Part shown: piece after piece, positions 1 to 7,793 of the stretch | Numbering within the stretch: the first letter of the stretch is position 1 | Layout: the number at the start of each line of letters is the position of its first letter | DNA from: Armatimonadota bacterium | GTDB taxonomy: Bacteria; Sysuimicrobiota; Sysuimicrobiia; Sysuimicrobiales; Humicultoraceae | Reading direction: 5' to 3' | Assembly: GCA_037443365.1 (NCBI GenBank) | Contig: JBBIOM010000037.1 | Coordinates: forward strand, 1 to 17,570 | Length of the DNA: 17,570 nucleotides | Program-made: the position numbers and the translations under genes | Notes under the pieces: model-generated | Told to the model about the DNA's origin: nothing | Databases searched by the model: none | The model's input: only the letters and a program-made list of their open reading frames with translations

Positions 1-82
1 CCACGAACCGCCCAAAGGTGTTGCCGCCCAACCCCAGCACGGAGACCTTGAGCCCTGAGCTCCCAAGCCGACGGTAGATCAT
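1..82 (-). CDS. Aldo/keto reductase, 5' fragment (runs off the left edge of the window)
   Basis: Manual translation from ATG at 82 gives MIYRRLGSSGLKVSVLGLGGNTFGRFV, the typical AKR N-terminus (YRxLGxSGLKVSxLGLG). AGGAGGAG Shine-Dalgarno at 91-98. Confidence 0.9.
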   Translation of the reverse strand, partial: MIYRRLGSSGLKVSVLGLGGNTFGRFV

Positions 83-112
83 CGATGCTTCTCCTCCTGG
101 CCTCTCCGGCCG

Positions 113-525
113 CTACATTGCCTCGTTGAACTCATCCCGGTACTTCACCAACGCCGGATGCGCCCTCCATACGGGCCCGGTTGAGCAGAATGACCATGAA
201 CGCCTCGTCCGGAACGCCATCCCACCGCGACGGCAGGCCGTGTTGCGAGGCGGGCTTGAATCCGAAGCGCGGGTATCACTCGGGGTCGCCGATCACGATC
301 ACGAGCGTGCATGACTCCCCCTTAGGATGTCAATCCCTTACCAGGGCCGATCCGATCCCCTTGCGCCGAGACTCCGGCATGACGATCATCGGCGCGAGCA
401 CCATGCCGGTAAGGGGCCATGAGCCCGCCTTCGATGCCGGCTTCGTCGGGGTGTTCGAAGACGCTCTCGTTGACCGCCCTCATGGCCAACATGCTTTCGG
501 GTCGCTCCTTGCGCACGGTGACTAC
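113..525 (-). pseudogene. YhbS-like GNAT N-acetyltransferase pseudogene
   Basis: Fragments in different frames: VTVRKERPESMLAMRAVNESVFEHPDEA; GMVLAPMIVMPESRRKGIGSALVR (acetyl-CoA motif A); VIVIGDPE*YPRFGFKPAS...VPDEAFMV; VKYRDEFNEAM*. TGA stops at 330-332 and 276-278, several frameshifts, a probable internal deletion, and GTA where the start codon should follow a GGAGG SD. Confidence 0.85.
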
Positions 526-1336
526 GGCCGCCCTCCAGGCCGTACACCAGCAGCTCACCGCATGAGATCGTGACCGCCTGGCCCCCCATCAAGATGCGCT
601 CCCCTCTCAGGTGGATGTGGGGCACGCCGCCGCGCTCCGAAGCCTGGAAAGCCACCAGGCGGCCCTTCTCGAGCCGCTTCCCCCAGAACGGCCCGGGGGC
701 GCAGTGCGCCGACCCCGTGACGGGGGCCTCATCTATGCCCACCCAGGGCGCAAAGTAGCGGGAGACGAAGTCGTGCCGCGGCGAGGCCGAGGCGCTAGTG
801 ACGGCCACCCCTCTCCCTGGCATCGCCCGCAGCGAGGCGAAGTCAGGGCAGAGGCAGCGCACAGTCTCCTCGGAGTCAACCTCTATGAGGTGCTTGCTCC
901 CAAACATGCCGACATACCTGGGCATCACGCCCAGGGCTGCGAGCAGCCCCTCGGGGGCATCAGATGGCTCCGCCGGGGTGGCGGGAAAGACGATCTCGAT
1001 CAGACCGTCCCCCTTGCGTTCGGCCGTGAGCAACCCGCTGCGCGTGTGGAAACGGGCCAGCTGTCCGGGCCCGAGCAGATCCTCCTGCCAGGGCACTTGC
1101 GCGCCCGCCAGCGTGGCGTGGCCGCAGAGGTCTACCTCGACCTTCGGGGTAAACCGGCGCAGGGAGTAGCCGTCGTACTGCTCGAGGAGGAAGGCTGTCT
1201 CCGACAGGTTCATCTCGCACGCCACTTGCTGCATCCAGATGTCCGCACGCGGCTCGGGCAGAAGACAGACGGGCGCAGGGTTTCCCGCGAACGGCTCACT
1301 GGTAAACGCATCAACCTGAAACAGCCTGATTGCCAA
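386..1336 (-). CDS. PhzF-family isomerase/epimerase, probably decaying (expected end near 542; the frame reads through to 386)
   Basis: TTG at 1336 after an AGGAGG SD. Motifs QVDAFT..FAGNPA, EMNLSETAF, FTPKVEVDLCGHATLA, SRYFAP..GIDEAPVTGSAHC. Family similarity ends at GELLV, followed by TAC (542-544) instead of a stop. Confidence 0.88.
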   Translation of the reverse strand: MAIRLFQVDAFTSEPFAGNPAPVCLLPEPRADIWMQQVACEMNLSETAFLLEQYDGYSLRRFTPKVEVDLCGHATLAGAQVPWQEDLLGPGQLARFHTRSGLLTAERKGDGLIEIVFPATPAEPSDAPEGLLAALGVMPRYVGMFGSKHLIEVDSEETVRCLCPDFASLRAMPGRGVAVTSASASPRHDFVSRYFAPWVGIDEAPVTGSAHCAPGPFWGKRLEKGRLVAFQASERGGVPHIHLRGERILMGGQAVTISCGELLVYGLEGGRSHRAQGATRKHVGHEGGQRERLRTPRRSRHRRRAHGPLPAWCSRR

Positions 1337-1379
1337 GGTGTCCTCCTTCCGGGGGCTTCTTCGGTTCTTGCTCCCGCCC

Positions 1380-1762
1380 GCGCCATCAGCCCTGCCCAAC
1401 GGACAAAGCCAGCACCGTCCGACATCATTGCCACCAAGTTCTTCCGCATGCCGTGGAGATCTCCCCTTGCGGTATCCCGCAGCCACGGTGGCAGTCGGCT
1501 TGACCTATCTCGCGGCGAGGCGGGGGCGCAGGAGGACCGGGCCTCCCTGCATGGCGCATGCAGAGATCAGCGGCTTGGGCACGAAGTACTCCTGGCGCTC
1601 GAAGCGGGCTCCGATCTCTGTCATGGTCGGGGTCATCCATCGAGAGATGATCTCTTCTGGGGGAATGCCCTCGGCAAGCGCAGCAGCCACCAGCTCTTTC
1701 CTCCTCTCGAGATCTCCCTCCACGATGGCGTCAAGGATGTCGTCGAGATCTGGTAGAGATAT
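1380..1762 (-). pseudogene. Corrinoid (cobalamin-binding) protein pseudogene, MtaC/MttC- or MetH-B12-domain-like
   Basis: Cap domain DILDAIVEGD...ALAEGIPPEEII...MTEIGARFERQEYFVP..LISACAMQ, then TAG at 1505-1507, a frameshift, and RGDLHGMRKNLVAMMSDGAGF (degenerate GDxHDIGKNLVxMMLEGAGF). Most of the Rossmann domain is missing. ATA stands in place of ATG at 1762 after GGAGG. Confidence 0.85.
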
Positions 1763-1955
1763 CTGTTGGGGCCCTCCGGTCTATTTGGAGTACGGGAAGT
1801 CAGTGCACGGGGCCGCGTCGCCGAGCTGTCTCCCTGGCACTCCTCGGCCAGGCACCCGGAGTGGTTCTTCGCAGCCGGTGCTCCCGATTCCTCAACTGCG
1901 GGCTCGCGGGAGACGTGAGCCGATGCTCGATCCTGATGGTTCTTTGGTCGCGGCC

Positions 1956-2891
1956 CTATGCGGGGCGGGATGCCTCCATCCCGCGAGTCATGGGCTCCAG
2001 CACAGAGCGCAGATCCCTCATCTCAGCCTCTGGAAGTGGGCGCAGCGGCGGGCGGACGTGCGGCTCGATGACCCCGCGCAGGCCTAACGCCGCTTTGATG
2101 TGGGGAACCGAAGCGCCGTTCTGCAGCATGCAGCATACCGCGGATACGTGTCGGTACGCCTCTCTTACGTCCAGCCAAGACCCGCGCTCGGCCGCCCGCC
2201 ACAGCGCCACATAGGGCTCCGGCACTGCGGCCGCAGGCCCTGATATCGTACCGGCCCAACCCATTGCGGCTACCGAAGGAAGGAGCAGATCGGCGCCTAC
2301 CAGGATTCGGAAGCCCGGGCCGCCGGCTTCGGACAGCAATCGTATACCATACAGGTCCCCGGTGCTGTCCTTCATGCCGACCAGGTTGGGGTGGCCGAGC
2401 AGCGCCCGGACCACAGAGGGAGTCAAATGGTTGCCCGTGTGCTGCGGGATGTTGTAGAGCAGCACTGGGTGATCGGGCACCGTGCTGGCCACCGCGGAGA
2501 AGTGAGCAATCAACCCTTCTTCGCTATGTCGGAAGTAGGAGGGCGTGATGATCGCCAGCGCGTCGGCGCCGGCCTCCGCTGCCAGCCGGGCGGTGGCGAT
2601 GGTCCCAGCGGTCGTTATCCCGCCGACCTGCGCGACAACAGGTACACGGCCCGCGGATGCTGTCACCGCCGCACGCAGCACGCCCATCCGATCCCCATCA
2701 TCGAGCAGTGGCCCCTCGCCGGTCGTCCCGCAGGCGAAGATCCCGTCCACACCCCGGTCCACCAGCCATTGGACGAGACGGCGCGCCCTCGGGGCGTCCA
2801 CGCTGCCGTCGGAAGACATTGGGGTCGGGAGGGCAACGATCACCCCTCTCAGATTCTCAACGACCTCGCGCCGAATACCCATCGCTGTCAA
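1956..2891 (-). CDS. DapA/NAL-superfamily class I pyruvate aldolase (probably not a true DHDPS)
   Basis: 311 aa. ACGTTGEG motif, LLYNIP catalytic Tyr, GMKDS Schiff-base Lys. TTG start after GGAGGA (alternative ATG at 2882). Confidence 0.92.
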   Translation of the reverse strand: MTAMGIRREVVENLRGVIVALPTPMSSDGSVDAPRARRLVQWLVDRGVDGIFACGTTGEGPLLDDGDRMGVLRAAVTASAGRVPVVAQVGGITTAGTIATARLAAEAGADALAIITPSYFRHSEEGLIAHFSAVASTVPDHPVLLYNIPQHTGNHLTPSVVRALLGHPNLVGMKDSTGDLYGIRLLSEAGGPGFRILVGADLLLPSVAAMGWAGTISGPAAAVPEPYVALWRAAERGSWLDVREAYRHVSAVCCMLQNGASVPHIKAALGLRGVIEPHVRPPLRPLPEAEMRDLRSVLEPMTRGMEASRPA

Positions 2892-2918
2892 GCATCCTCC
2901 CAGCGGCCGGCATGGCCC

Positions 2919-3551
2919 CTACATGTCACTTACGTGGCTGTAGAGCCCTCTCACAATCAGCACCCCCACGGTAGCGCCCGGGTCCTGCATGTCCCGGGAT
3001 CGCTCTCCGTAGTAGGCAGGCCTCCCGTGTCTTGCGACCATCTGCTTCGTGGACTCCAGCCCTGCCTCCGCGGCTTCCAGGGCCCGCGCAAGGGCCAGCT
3101 CCATCTCCACGTCTCCGGCGGCGGCCAAGGCATCCGCGGCCGGCTTCAGGGAATCGACGATCGTCTTCTCGCCTGCCTGCGCCTTGCCCCTCTCCATGAT
3201 TCCGTTGACGAATGCCTGGAAGAACGCCGCCAATTCGCCGGTGGCAAGTTCCTCCGAGCCGGCAATCGCTCTTCCACCTCGCATGAACCCTGTAGCAACG
3301 AGGGTACCCATCGTGGATGGCGCGGCTTTGGCCATGGCCATCCCGGCCCTGGTCAGGATCTTGCCAATGTCCGTCTCCTTGGCCCCCGCGACCTCTTCGT
3401 AGGCGGCGCTGAATGCCCTGGGCATTGTGAGGCCGAGATCTCCATCGCCAAGAGCAGCGTCCAGATCTGTTAGGTGTTGCTTATGCTCCTCCATGAGGGC
3501 GGCGAGGCGCCCCAGGGCTGCAACCACGTCATCCTTGCGCAACGGCCTCAT
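2919..3551 (-). CDS. dhaL: Dihydroxyacetone kinase-family nucleotide-binding subunit (DAK2)
   Basis: 210 aa. LTDLDAALGDGDLG, RGKAQAGEKTIVD, ARHGRPAYYGERS..QDPGAT motifs. Confidence 0.93.
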   Translation of the reverse strand: MRPLRKDDVVAALGRLAALMEEHKQHLTDLDAALGDGDLGLTMPRAFSAAYEEVAGAKETDIGKILTRAGMAMAKAAPSTMGTLVATGFMRGGRAIAGSEELATGELAAFFQAFVNGIMERGKAQAGEKTIVDSLKPAADALAAAGDVEMELALARALEAAEAGLESTKQMVARHGRPAYYGERSRDMQDPGATVGVLIVRGLYSHVSDM

Positions 3552-3561
3552 CGCCGGCGAC

Positions 3562-4575
3562 CTAGGTGGGCAGTTGCGGCTGCACGAAGAACGGCGTGCT
3601 GGCCGGTCGAGCCAGGAGTTCTCTCATCTCGTCGTCCAGCCTCATCAGGGAGATTGAGAAGCCCGCCATCTCCATCGATGTGGCGAACTCCCCAACATAG
3701 ATGTGATAGGCACGGATTCCACGCTCTGCCAGGACAGCATGTGCCTTCCGATAGATGATGTACAGCTCTTCCCTCGCCGTACCTCCGAGGCCGTTGACTA
3801 GCACTGAGACCTCATCGCCCGCCCGGAACGGAAGATCTTCGAGAACCGCTATCATCATCTCGTCCACCACATCGTCGGCTGGCCGCAGCTTCCCTCGCCT
3901 GATCCCGGGCTCGCCGTGGATACCCATGCCGATCTCCATCTCGTCTTCGCCGATGGTAAAAGTGGGTCTGCCGACCTCGGGGATGATGCAAGGCGTGAGT
4001 GCTACGCCGATTGTGCGCACATTCGCGGCGGCTTTGTCGGCGACCCGTTTGACCTCATCCAGGCCGGCTAGTTCGTCCGCCTTCGCTCCGGCCACTTTGT
4101 AGACATAGAAGATCCCGGCCACCCCTCGGCGCCGGCGCTCCTCGTCCTTGGGAGCGGAGGCAACGTCGTCGGTGGCCACCAGCGACTCCACACGGATGCC
4201 GTCGGCGGCCGCCATCTCGGCCGCGAAGTCGAAGTTCAGCACATCTCCGCCGTAGTTGCCGTAGATGTACAACACACCCGCGCCCGCATCGATCGCCTTC
4301 GTGACCTTCAACATCTGCTCTGCGCTCGGTGATTGAAACACACCTCCCACCGAGCACCCATCGAGGAGCCCGTCGCCGACGTACCCTAGGAAGAGAGGAA
4401 GATGACCTGAGCCCCCGCCGGTGGCAAGGCCTACTTTCCCTTCCCTCCTGGGGCCGGCCTTCACTATGCAGCGCAGATCGTCGGCCACATACGCGAGCTG
4501 GCCCGGATGGGCGCTTACAATGCCCTGTATCATCTCGTCGACGAATCCATCGGGGTTGTTGAGGAACTTCCTCAT
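3562..4575 (-). CDS. dhaK: Dihydroxyacetone kinase-family substrate-binding subunit (DAK1)
   Basis: [16 protein letters not shown]-terminus. [29 protein letters not shown] and TSMEMAG motifs. ATG at 4575 fits the AGGAG spacing; an alternative ATG at 4581 overlaps the tctA stop. Confidence 0.93.
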   Translation of the reverse strand: MRKFLNNPDGFVDEMIQGIVSAHPGQLAYVADDLRCIVKAGPRREGKVGLATGGGSGHLPLFLGYVGDGLLDGCSVGGVFQSPSAEQMLKVTKAIDAGAGVLYIYGNYGGDVLNFDFAAEMAAADGIRVESLVATDDVASAPKDEERRRRGVAGIFYVYKVAGAKADELAGLDEVKRVADKAAANVRTIGVALTPCIIPEVGRPTFTIGEDEMEIGMGIHGEPGIRRGKLRPADDVVDEMMIAVLEDLPFRAGDEVSVLVNGLGGTAREELYIIYRKAHAVLAERGIRAYHIYVGEFATSMEMAGFSISLMRLDDEMRELLARPASTPFFVQPQLPT

Positions 4576-4577
4576 CG

Positions 4578-6068
4578 TCATCGCTCCTTGTCTTGCCTGG
4601 AACGCTGCCATGCGGCAAGCCCCAGGGCCACGACGCTGGCACCGAGCAGTGTAGCGGCGATCGGCTCCCCCACAAGAATCCCCCAATCTCCCGCCGACAT
4701 CGCCAGCGACCGCCGGAGGTTGGACTCCGCGATCGGGCCGAGAATCAGCCCCAGCACCAGCGGCCCCGGCGGGAACCCCTGCCGCCGGAGCGCCACGCCA
4801 AGTACACCCGCAATCAGCATGAGCCACACGTCGTGCGCCGAGTTGTTTAGCGCGTAGGTGCCGACGGCGCACGAGGCCAGCACGATGGCCCACAGACGCC
4901 CGCGGTTCAGCCCAACGATCCACCTCACGATGCCCCGGGCGCGCACTACGCTAAGCAGGCCGCTGATGATGGTGGCGGCAATGCAGATCCCGACGATTTC
5001 GTAGAAGAGAGGCAGGTGATCCCGAAAGAACAGCGGCCCGGGCTTCAGACCCCAGATCAGCAGAATCCCGATCAACACAGCCGTGACCGTGTCGCCGGGC
5101 ACACCCAGCGCAAGCGTGGTGGCCAGCGCGCCGCCGACAATCGAGTTGTTGGCGGTCTGCGCCGCCACCAGGCCCTCCAGACTGCCTTTTCCGAACTCCT
5201 CCGGCCGCTTGGAGATACGCTTCGCCTGATCCCATGACAGGATGCTGGCGATGTCCCCACCGGCCCCGGGAATCGCGCCGACCACGGTGCCGATTGCTGA
5301 GGAAAGGAAGAAGGCCGGCGCCACTTGTCGCACCTCGGCGCGCTTTGGCATCAGTCGTCCCAGGACGCCTGTTACCGCCGAGAGTCCGGCGACCAGAGTC
5401 CGCCGCTGCAACACCTGGTCGAGTACCTCCGCTACGCCGAAGATGCCGATCATGATTGGGATAAACGAAAGACCGCTCAGCAGTTCGGGCTTGCCAAAGG
5501 CGAAGCGAGGGTAGCCGACGATTGGGTCAAACCCTACGGTGGCCAGCAACATGCCCAACAGACCCACCAACAGACCCTTGACCACCGACATACCGGAGAC
5601 GCTAACCATCATTGATAGCCCGAACAACGCCAACGCGAAGTACTCCGGCGGTCCAAACCGTAGCGCGAAGTTCGCCAGCGGGATAGCCACGAGCGCCAGT
5701 GTGATCAAGCCGAACAGGCTGCCGCCTGCGGAGGCGAGCGCATTGATCCCCAGCGCCAGGCCGGCCCTTCCCTGCTTCATCATGGCGTAGCCGTCGAAGG
5801 TCACGGCAATGCTGGCGGGCGTGCCGGGCATGTTTATCAGAATCGCGGTGATGTCCCCTCCGAACATTGCCGCGATGTAGACGCCCAAGATGATCGCCAG
5901 CCCCTGCGCGGGTGGGAATCGAAACGCGAGCGGGGTCAGCAGCGCCACACCCATAGTGGCGGTGAGACCCGGAACGATGCCGAAGAACATCCCCAGCGCC
6001 ACACCCAGGAGCAGATAGGGCAACAGCGACGGCGAGAAGGCGGCCAGGAACCCGTCCAGGGGAGACAT
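4578..6068 (-). CDS. tctA: Tripartite tricarboxylate transporter large membrane subunit
   Basis: 496 aa, highly hydrophobic. GIVPGLTATM, ILINMPGTPAS, TFDGY, FGPPEYF, GAIPGAGG, LALGVPGD signatures. Confidence 0.95.
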   Translation of the reverse strand: MSPLDGFLAAFSPSLLPYLLLGVALGMFFGIVPGLTATMGVALLTPLAFRFPPAQGLAIILGVYIAAMFGGDITAILINMPGTPASIAVTFDGYAMMKQGRAGLALGINALASAGGSLFGLITLALVAIPLANFALRFGPPEYFALALFGLSMMVSVSGMSVVKGLLVGLLGMLLATVGFDPIVGYPRFAFGKPELLSGLSFIPIMIGIFGVAEVLDQVLQRRTLVAGLSAVTGVLGRLMPKRAEVRQVAPAFFLSSAIGTVVGAIPGAGGDIASILSWDQAKRISKRPEEFGKGSLEGLVAAQTANNSIVGGALATTLALGVPGDTVTAVLIGILLIWGLKPGPLFFRDHLPLFYEIVGICIAATIISGLLSVVRARGIVRWIVGLNRGRLWAIVLASCAVGTYALNNSAHDVWLMLIAGVLGVALRRQGFPPGPLVLGLILGPIAESNLRRSLAMSAGDWGILVGEPIAATLLGASVVALGLAAWQRSRQDKER

Positions 6069-6074
6069 GAGGCG

Positions 6075-6500
6075 CTATATCCCGTCCAAGGGAACCCGTA
6101 GCACGTATCCAAACGCCACGGACAAGAACGCGGTCACGAGCGCGGCGAAGAGGAGCGCCGATCCCCAGCGGCCGGGGCCAGACAGACGTGAGAGTGCCGC
6201 TACATACAGCACGGTAGGCACGTCGAAGCGCCATCGGTGCCACGCCACGAGGTAGACCGCGGTTAGGCCCACAACGCCGACCGCGGCAGCGACATCTGTT
6301 CGCTCAGCAGCCGATATTGCCTTGCGTCTACGCCCCTCTACTATCAGCAAGCCGGTCAGCAGGGCAAGCGATGCTGCTAGCAGCCGTGGGTAGGACGCCG
6401 GGCTGAGAGAGCCCTCCGCGCCCGGAGGAAAAGGCACCGTCAATACGAAGACCGCAGCGGCGAGCAGCGTGAATGCCGCGGCCGCAAGCAGATCCTTCAT
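6075..6500 (-). CDS. tctB: Tripartite tricarboxylate transporter small membrane subunit
   Basis: 141 aa with about four hydrophobic segments, an SPASYP motif and C-terminal FGYVLRVPL. Lies between tctC and tctA. Confidence 0.88.
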   Translation of the reverse strand: MKDLLAAAAFTLLAAAVFVLTVPFPPGAEGSLSPASYPRLLAASLALLTGLLIVEGRRRKAISAAERTDVAAAVGVVGLTAVYLVAWHRWRFDVPTVLYVAALSRLSGPGRWGSALLFAALVTAFLSVAFGYVLRVPLDGI

Positions 6501-6519
6501 CTCCTGCTACCGATGCGAA

Positions 6520-7482
6520 CTAGCGCGCCAGCCCTAGGTCCCTCATCAGGCGACCAAACATCTCGTACTGAGCCAGGGCGAACTTCTTGAACTCGGCCGG
6601 CGGCAGGTAGCCCGGCTCAATCCCCCTGGCCACCAGGCCTCGCTGAACCTCCGAAGTCGTGTATGCCCGCCGGAACGCGCGGTGGAGGATATCGAGAACC
6701 TCTGCCGGCGTACCCTTGGGCAGCGCGAAGCCGCCCCAGGCCATGACGACCACGTCGTGCCCTGCCTCCCGAATCGTGGGCACATCCAGCATGAGCCCGA
6801 AGCGCTGCTCGCCCATCACGCCCAGGGTGCGGAGCCGTCCCGCCTCCACATGGGGCAGGACCTCGCTGGGGCTCACGGTCACCGCTGCCAGACGCCCTCC
6901 CAACAGCGCGGTGATAGCCGGGGCCGCACCATCGAAGGGCACATGCCTGAGGCGAGTCCCGGTAGCCCGCTCCAGTGATGCCGCAGCCACGTGCCAGATG
7001 GATCCAGGCCCCGAATTCCCAACGGTCAGCTCGCCCGGCCTGGCGCGGGCAGCGGCCACGAAGTCGGCCACCGTCCGGTATGGCGAGTCGACATGGACGG
7101 TAAGCCCGGCCGGCAGCACGTTTGCCCTCATCAGCAGGTCGAAGTCGTCGGGGTGAAGATCAGCCAGGCCCAGGTGCTTCAGCATGGACAACTCCACCGG
7201 AACGTACCCGATCGTGTAGCCGTCAGGACGGCTCGCCTTGACCGATCCCATTCCCACGGCGCCGCCGCCGCCCACGCGGTTGACGACGTTGATGCGCGCC
7301 CCCAAGATCGGCGCAGCCTGAGTTGCCACCAGCCGCGAGACGTAATCGGACGCTCCTCCTGGCGCGGCCTGCACCACCAACGTAATGTCCCGTACCGGAT
7401 AGGTGACCTGGGCGCCGCTGGGGACGGCAAATAGCACGGCCACCAACAACGCCAGTAACGAGATGCCAGTCAGTCTCTTCAT
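6520..7482 (-). CDS. tctC: Tripartite tricarboxylate transporter substrate-binding protein (Bug/TctC family)
   Basis: 320 aa. Signal peptide, YPVRDITLVV.AAPGGASD, VVNRVGGGGAVG, PDGYT, GNSGPGSIWH, HVPFDG. GAGGAGG SD at 7491-7497. Confidence 0.95.
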   Translation of the reverse strand: MKRLTGISLLALLVAVLFAVPSGAQVTYPVRDITLVVQAAPGGASDYVSRLVATQAAPILGARINVVNRVGGGGAVGMGSVKASRPDGYTIGYVPVELSMLKHLGLADLHPDDFDLLMRANVLPAGLTVHVDSPYRTVADFVAAARARPGELTVGNSGPGSIWHVAAASLERATGTRLRHVPFDGAAPAITALLGGRLAAVTVSPSEVLPHVEAGRLRTLGVMGEQRFGLMLDVPTIREAGHDVVVMAWGGFALPKGTPAEVLDILHRAFRRAYTTSEVQRGLVARGIEPGYLPPAEFKKFALAQYEMFGRLMRDLGLAR

Positions 7483-7565
7483 ACCAACGCCCTCCTCGCT
7501 CCTTGAATGTCCCTACAATGGCGAACCCCGATTGAGTCAACTGATCGTTCAGGCGTGCCGTAGGT

Positions 7566-7582
7566 CTGAGAACGTTATCATA
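7566..7582. promoter_or_regulatory. Putative LacI-family operator upstream of tctC
   Basis: CTGAGAACGTTATCATA, an imperfect palindrome with central CG. Its reverse complement matches 11838-11854 at 15 of 17 positions. Confidence 0.75.
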
Positions 7583-7604
7583 CCCCAATACACTTCAGCG
7601 ACAA
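7577..7604 (-). promoter_or_regulatory. Putative sigma70-type promoter for the tct-dha-aldolase operon
   Basis: Minus strand: TTGTCG (7604-7599), 16-bp spacer, TATGAT (7582-7577). The -10 overlaps the operator. Confidence 0.55.
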
Positions 7605-7793
7605 CATCGTCTTCCTCGATGGTGTGTTGCATTCTCACCGAGCGGGCAGGAATCCTCCCACCGGTCCAGGCGGGTCGCCGCTTCCACGTGCGGGTTCCAA
7701 GCGATCTGACAGGAACGGGGAGAACGCGGATGGAAGCTGGAGAACACTGGCGTACCGCTACTATCACATGCGGCAAGGAACCGAGGGGGCGGC

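Noticed and set aside
276-278. In-frame TGA (and TAG at 1505-1507) as selenocysteine or pyrrolysine recoding
   Set aside because: The TGA aligns with a conserved Tyr position, and both genes also carry frameshifts and deletions. Decay is the simpler explanation.
3562-4923. Long N-terminal extensions in the ORF track for dhaK, araB (10543), PhzF (1486), lacI (11904) and the URO-D-fold gene (14798)
   Set aside because: Most overlap neighbouring genes, and all lack family similarity. Downstream starts match the family N-termini, usually with an SD.
7549-7632. Small minus-strand ORF MQHTIEEDDVVAEVYWGMITFSDLRHA upstream of tctC
   Set aside because: It runs through the predicted promoter and operator, has no clear SD, and shows no recognisable similarity.
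7759-7768. TACTAT -10-like box and TATCACA operator half-site upstream of rbsK
   Set aside because: No convincing -35 and only half of the operator matches. Too weak to call.
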